IMG/VR virus record: IMGVR_UViG_3300027672_001612
Coordinates: 1-64,000 of that record
Origin: a virus
Lineage: Duplodnaviria > Caudoviricetes
DNA: 64,000 nt
Reading direction: 5' to 3' (one strand)
Under the pieces are notes generated by a model. The model had not been told where the DNA came from. It saw only the letters and a list, made by a program, of their open reading frames with translations, and did not search any database. This document shows, in pieces, positions 63,675 to 64,000 of the stretch (the stretch's first letter is position 1; each line of letters starts with the position of its first letter). Both the position numbers and the translations under genes were made by a program.

Positions 63675-64000
63675 GAACTTCTGCCACGGCAGGATGTCTC
63701 TCAATTTGTGTATGGTCAAATTCTACTAAACTAATTCTTTCAGACTTAATATCTTTAATCCTTTCTAAAAAGTCTTTCAATCCATTGTCAGCATAACCTC
63801 TATCATATTGATTAAGGTCACCGGTAACAATTAGTTTACTGTTATCACCGATCCTGGTCAATAGCATTTTCATTTGTTCTTGTGTAGCATTTTGCATCTC
63901 GTCTGCAAGTATAATGGCATCTTTAAACGTTCGTCCTCTCATGTATGCCAACGGTGCTACTTCTATTTTATTGTTCTCTACCAAGTACTCCATCTCCTTA
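63652..64000 (-). CDS. phoH: PhoH family ATPase (5' end outside the window)
   Basis: PLAYMRGRTF, ADEMQN, LTRIG, GDLNQ.D, ERHPAV. Confidence 0.93.
   Translation of the reverse strand, partial: KEMEYLVENNKIEVAPLAYMRGRTFKDAIILADEMQNATQEQMKMLLTRIGDNSKLIVTGDLNQYDRGYADNGLKDFLERIKDIKSERISLVEFDHTQIERHPAVAEVLKIYKAY

Noticed and set aside
1-64000. tRNA genes, stop-codon reassignment, inteins/introns, bacterial chromosome origin of the window
   Set aside because: No cloverleaf or T-loop consensus seen; TAA, TAG and TGA all end conserved genes; known enzymes are of normal length; host-like genes are interleaved with phage genes and phage-type promoters

Overview
A 64 kb, AT-rich (roughly one-third GC by eye), very gene-dense segment of a large lytic dsDNA phage (T4-related/jumbo myovirus type). 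The host is probably an aquatic proteobacterium; this is an inference from the sigma70/sigma32-like promoters, ROSE element, TorF porin and SUF/Clp genes. Phage hallmarks are a T4-type lysozyme, a SleB-like hydrolase, PKD/tail-like structural proteins, an RFC-type clamp loader, a stand-alone DnaE fragment, a GroES-like protein, PhoH, bS21 and T4-late-like TA(T)AAATA promoters. The window is unusually rich in host-like auxiliary genes: an essentially complete SUF Fe-S assembly system (sufB, C, D, S, T, E, A), ferredoxin, ferritin-like protein, peroxiredoxin, ClpX/ClpP/ClpS/Hsp20, AmtB plus a TorF porin, NadE, GuaC, QueD, FabF, radical SAM, TauD, nucleotide-sugar enzymes and a lipase. The main signals outside the ORF list are: (i) an A9 slippery site that would fuse a membrane coiled-coil ORF to an alveolin-like VEVP-repeat ORF by a -1 shift; (ii) at least 11 genes whose ATG sits at a fixed distance from the promoter, implying leaderless transcripts from both sigma70 and late promoters; (iii) several structured intergenic RNAs (about 6.2, 8.8, 22.4, 41.6 and 47.6 kb), including a ROSE-like thermometer on hsp20; (iv) a ParB/DGQH + HNH two-gene module. 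No tRNA, rRNA, CRISPR array, integrase or transposase was recognised. All calls come from motif recognition by eye; no searches were run.
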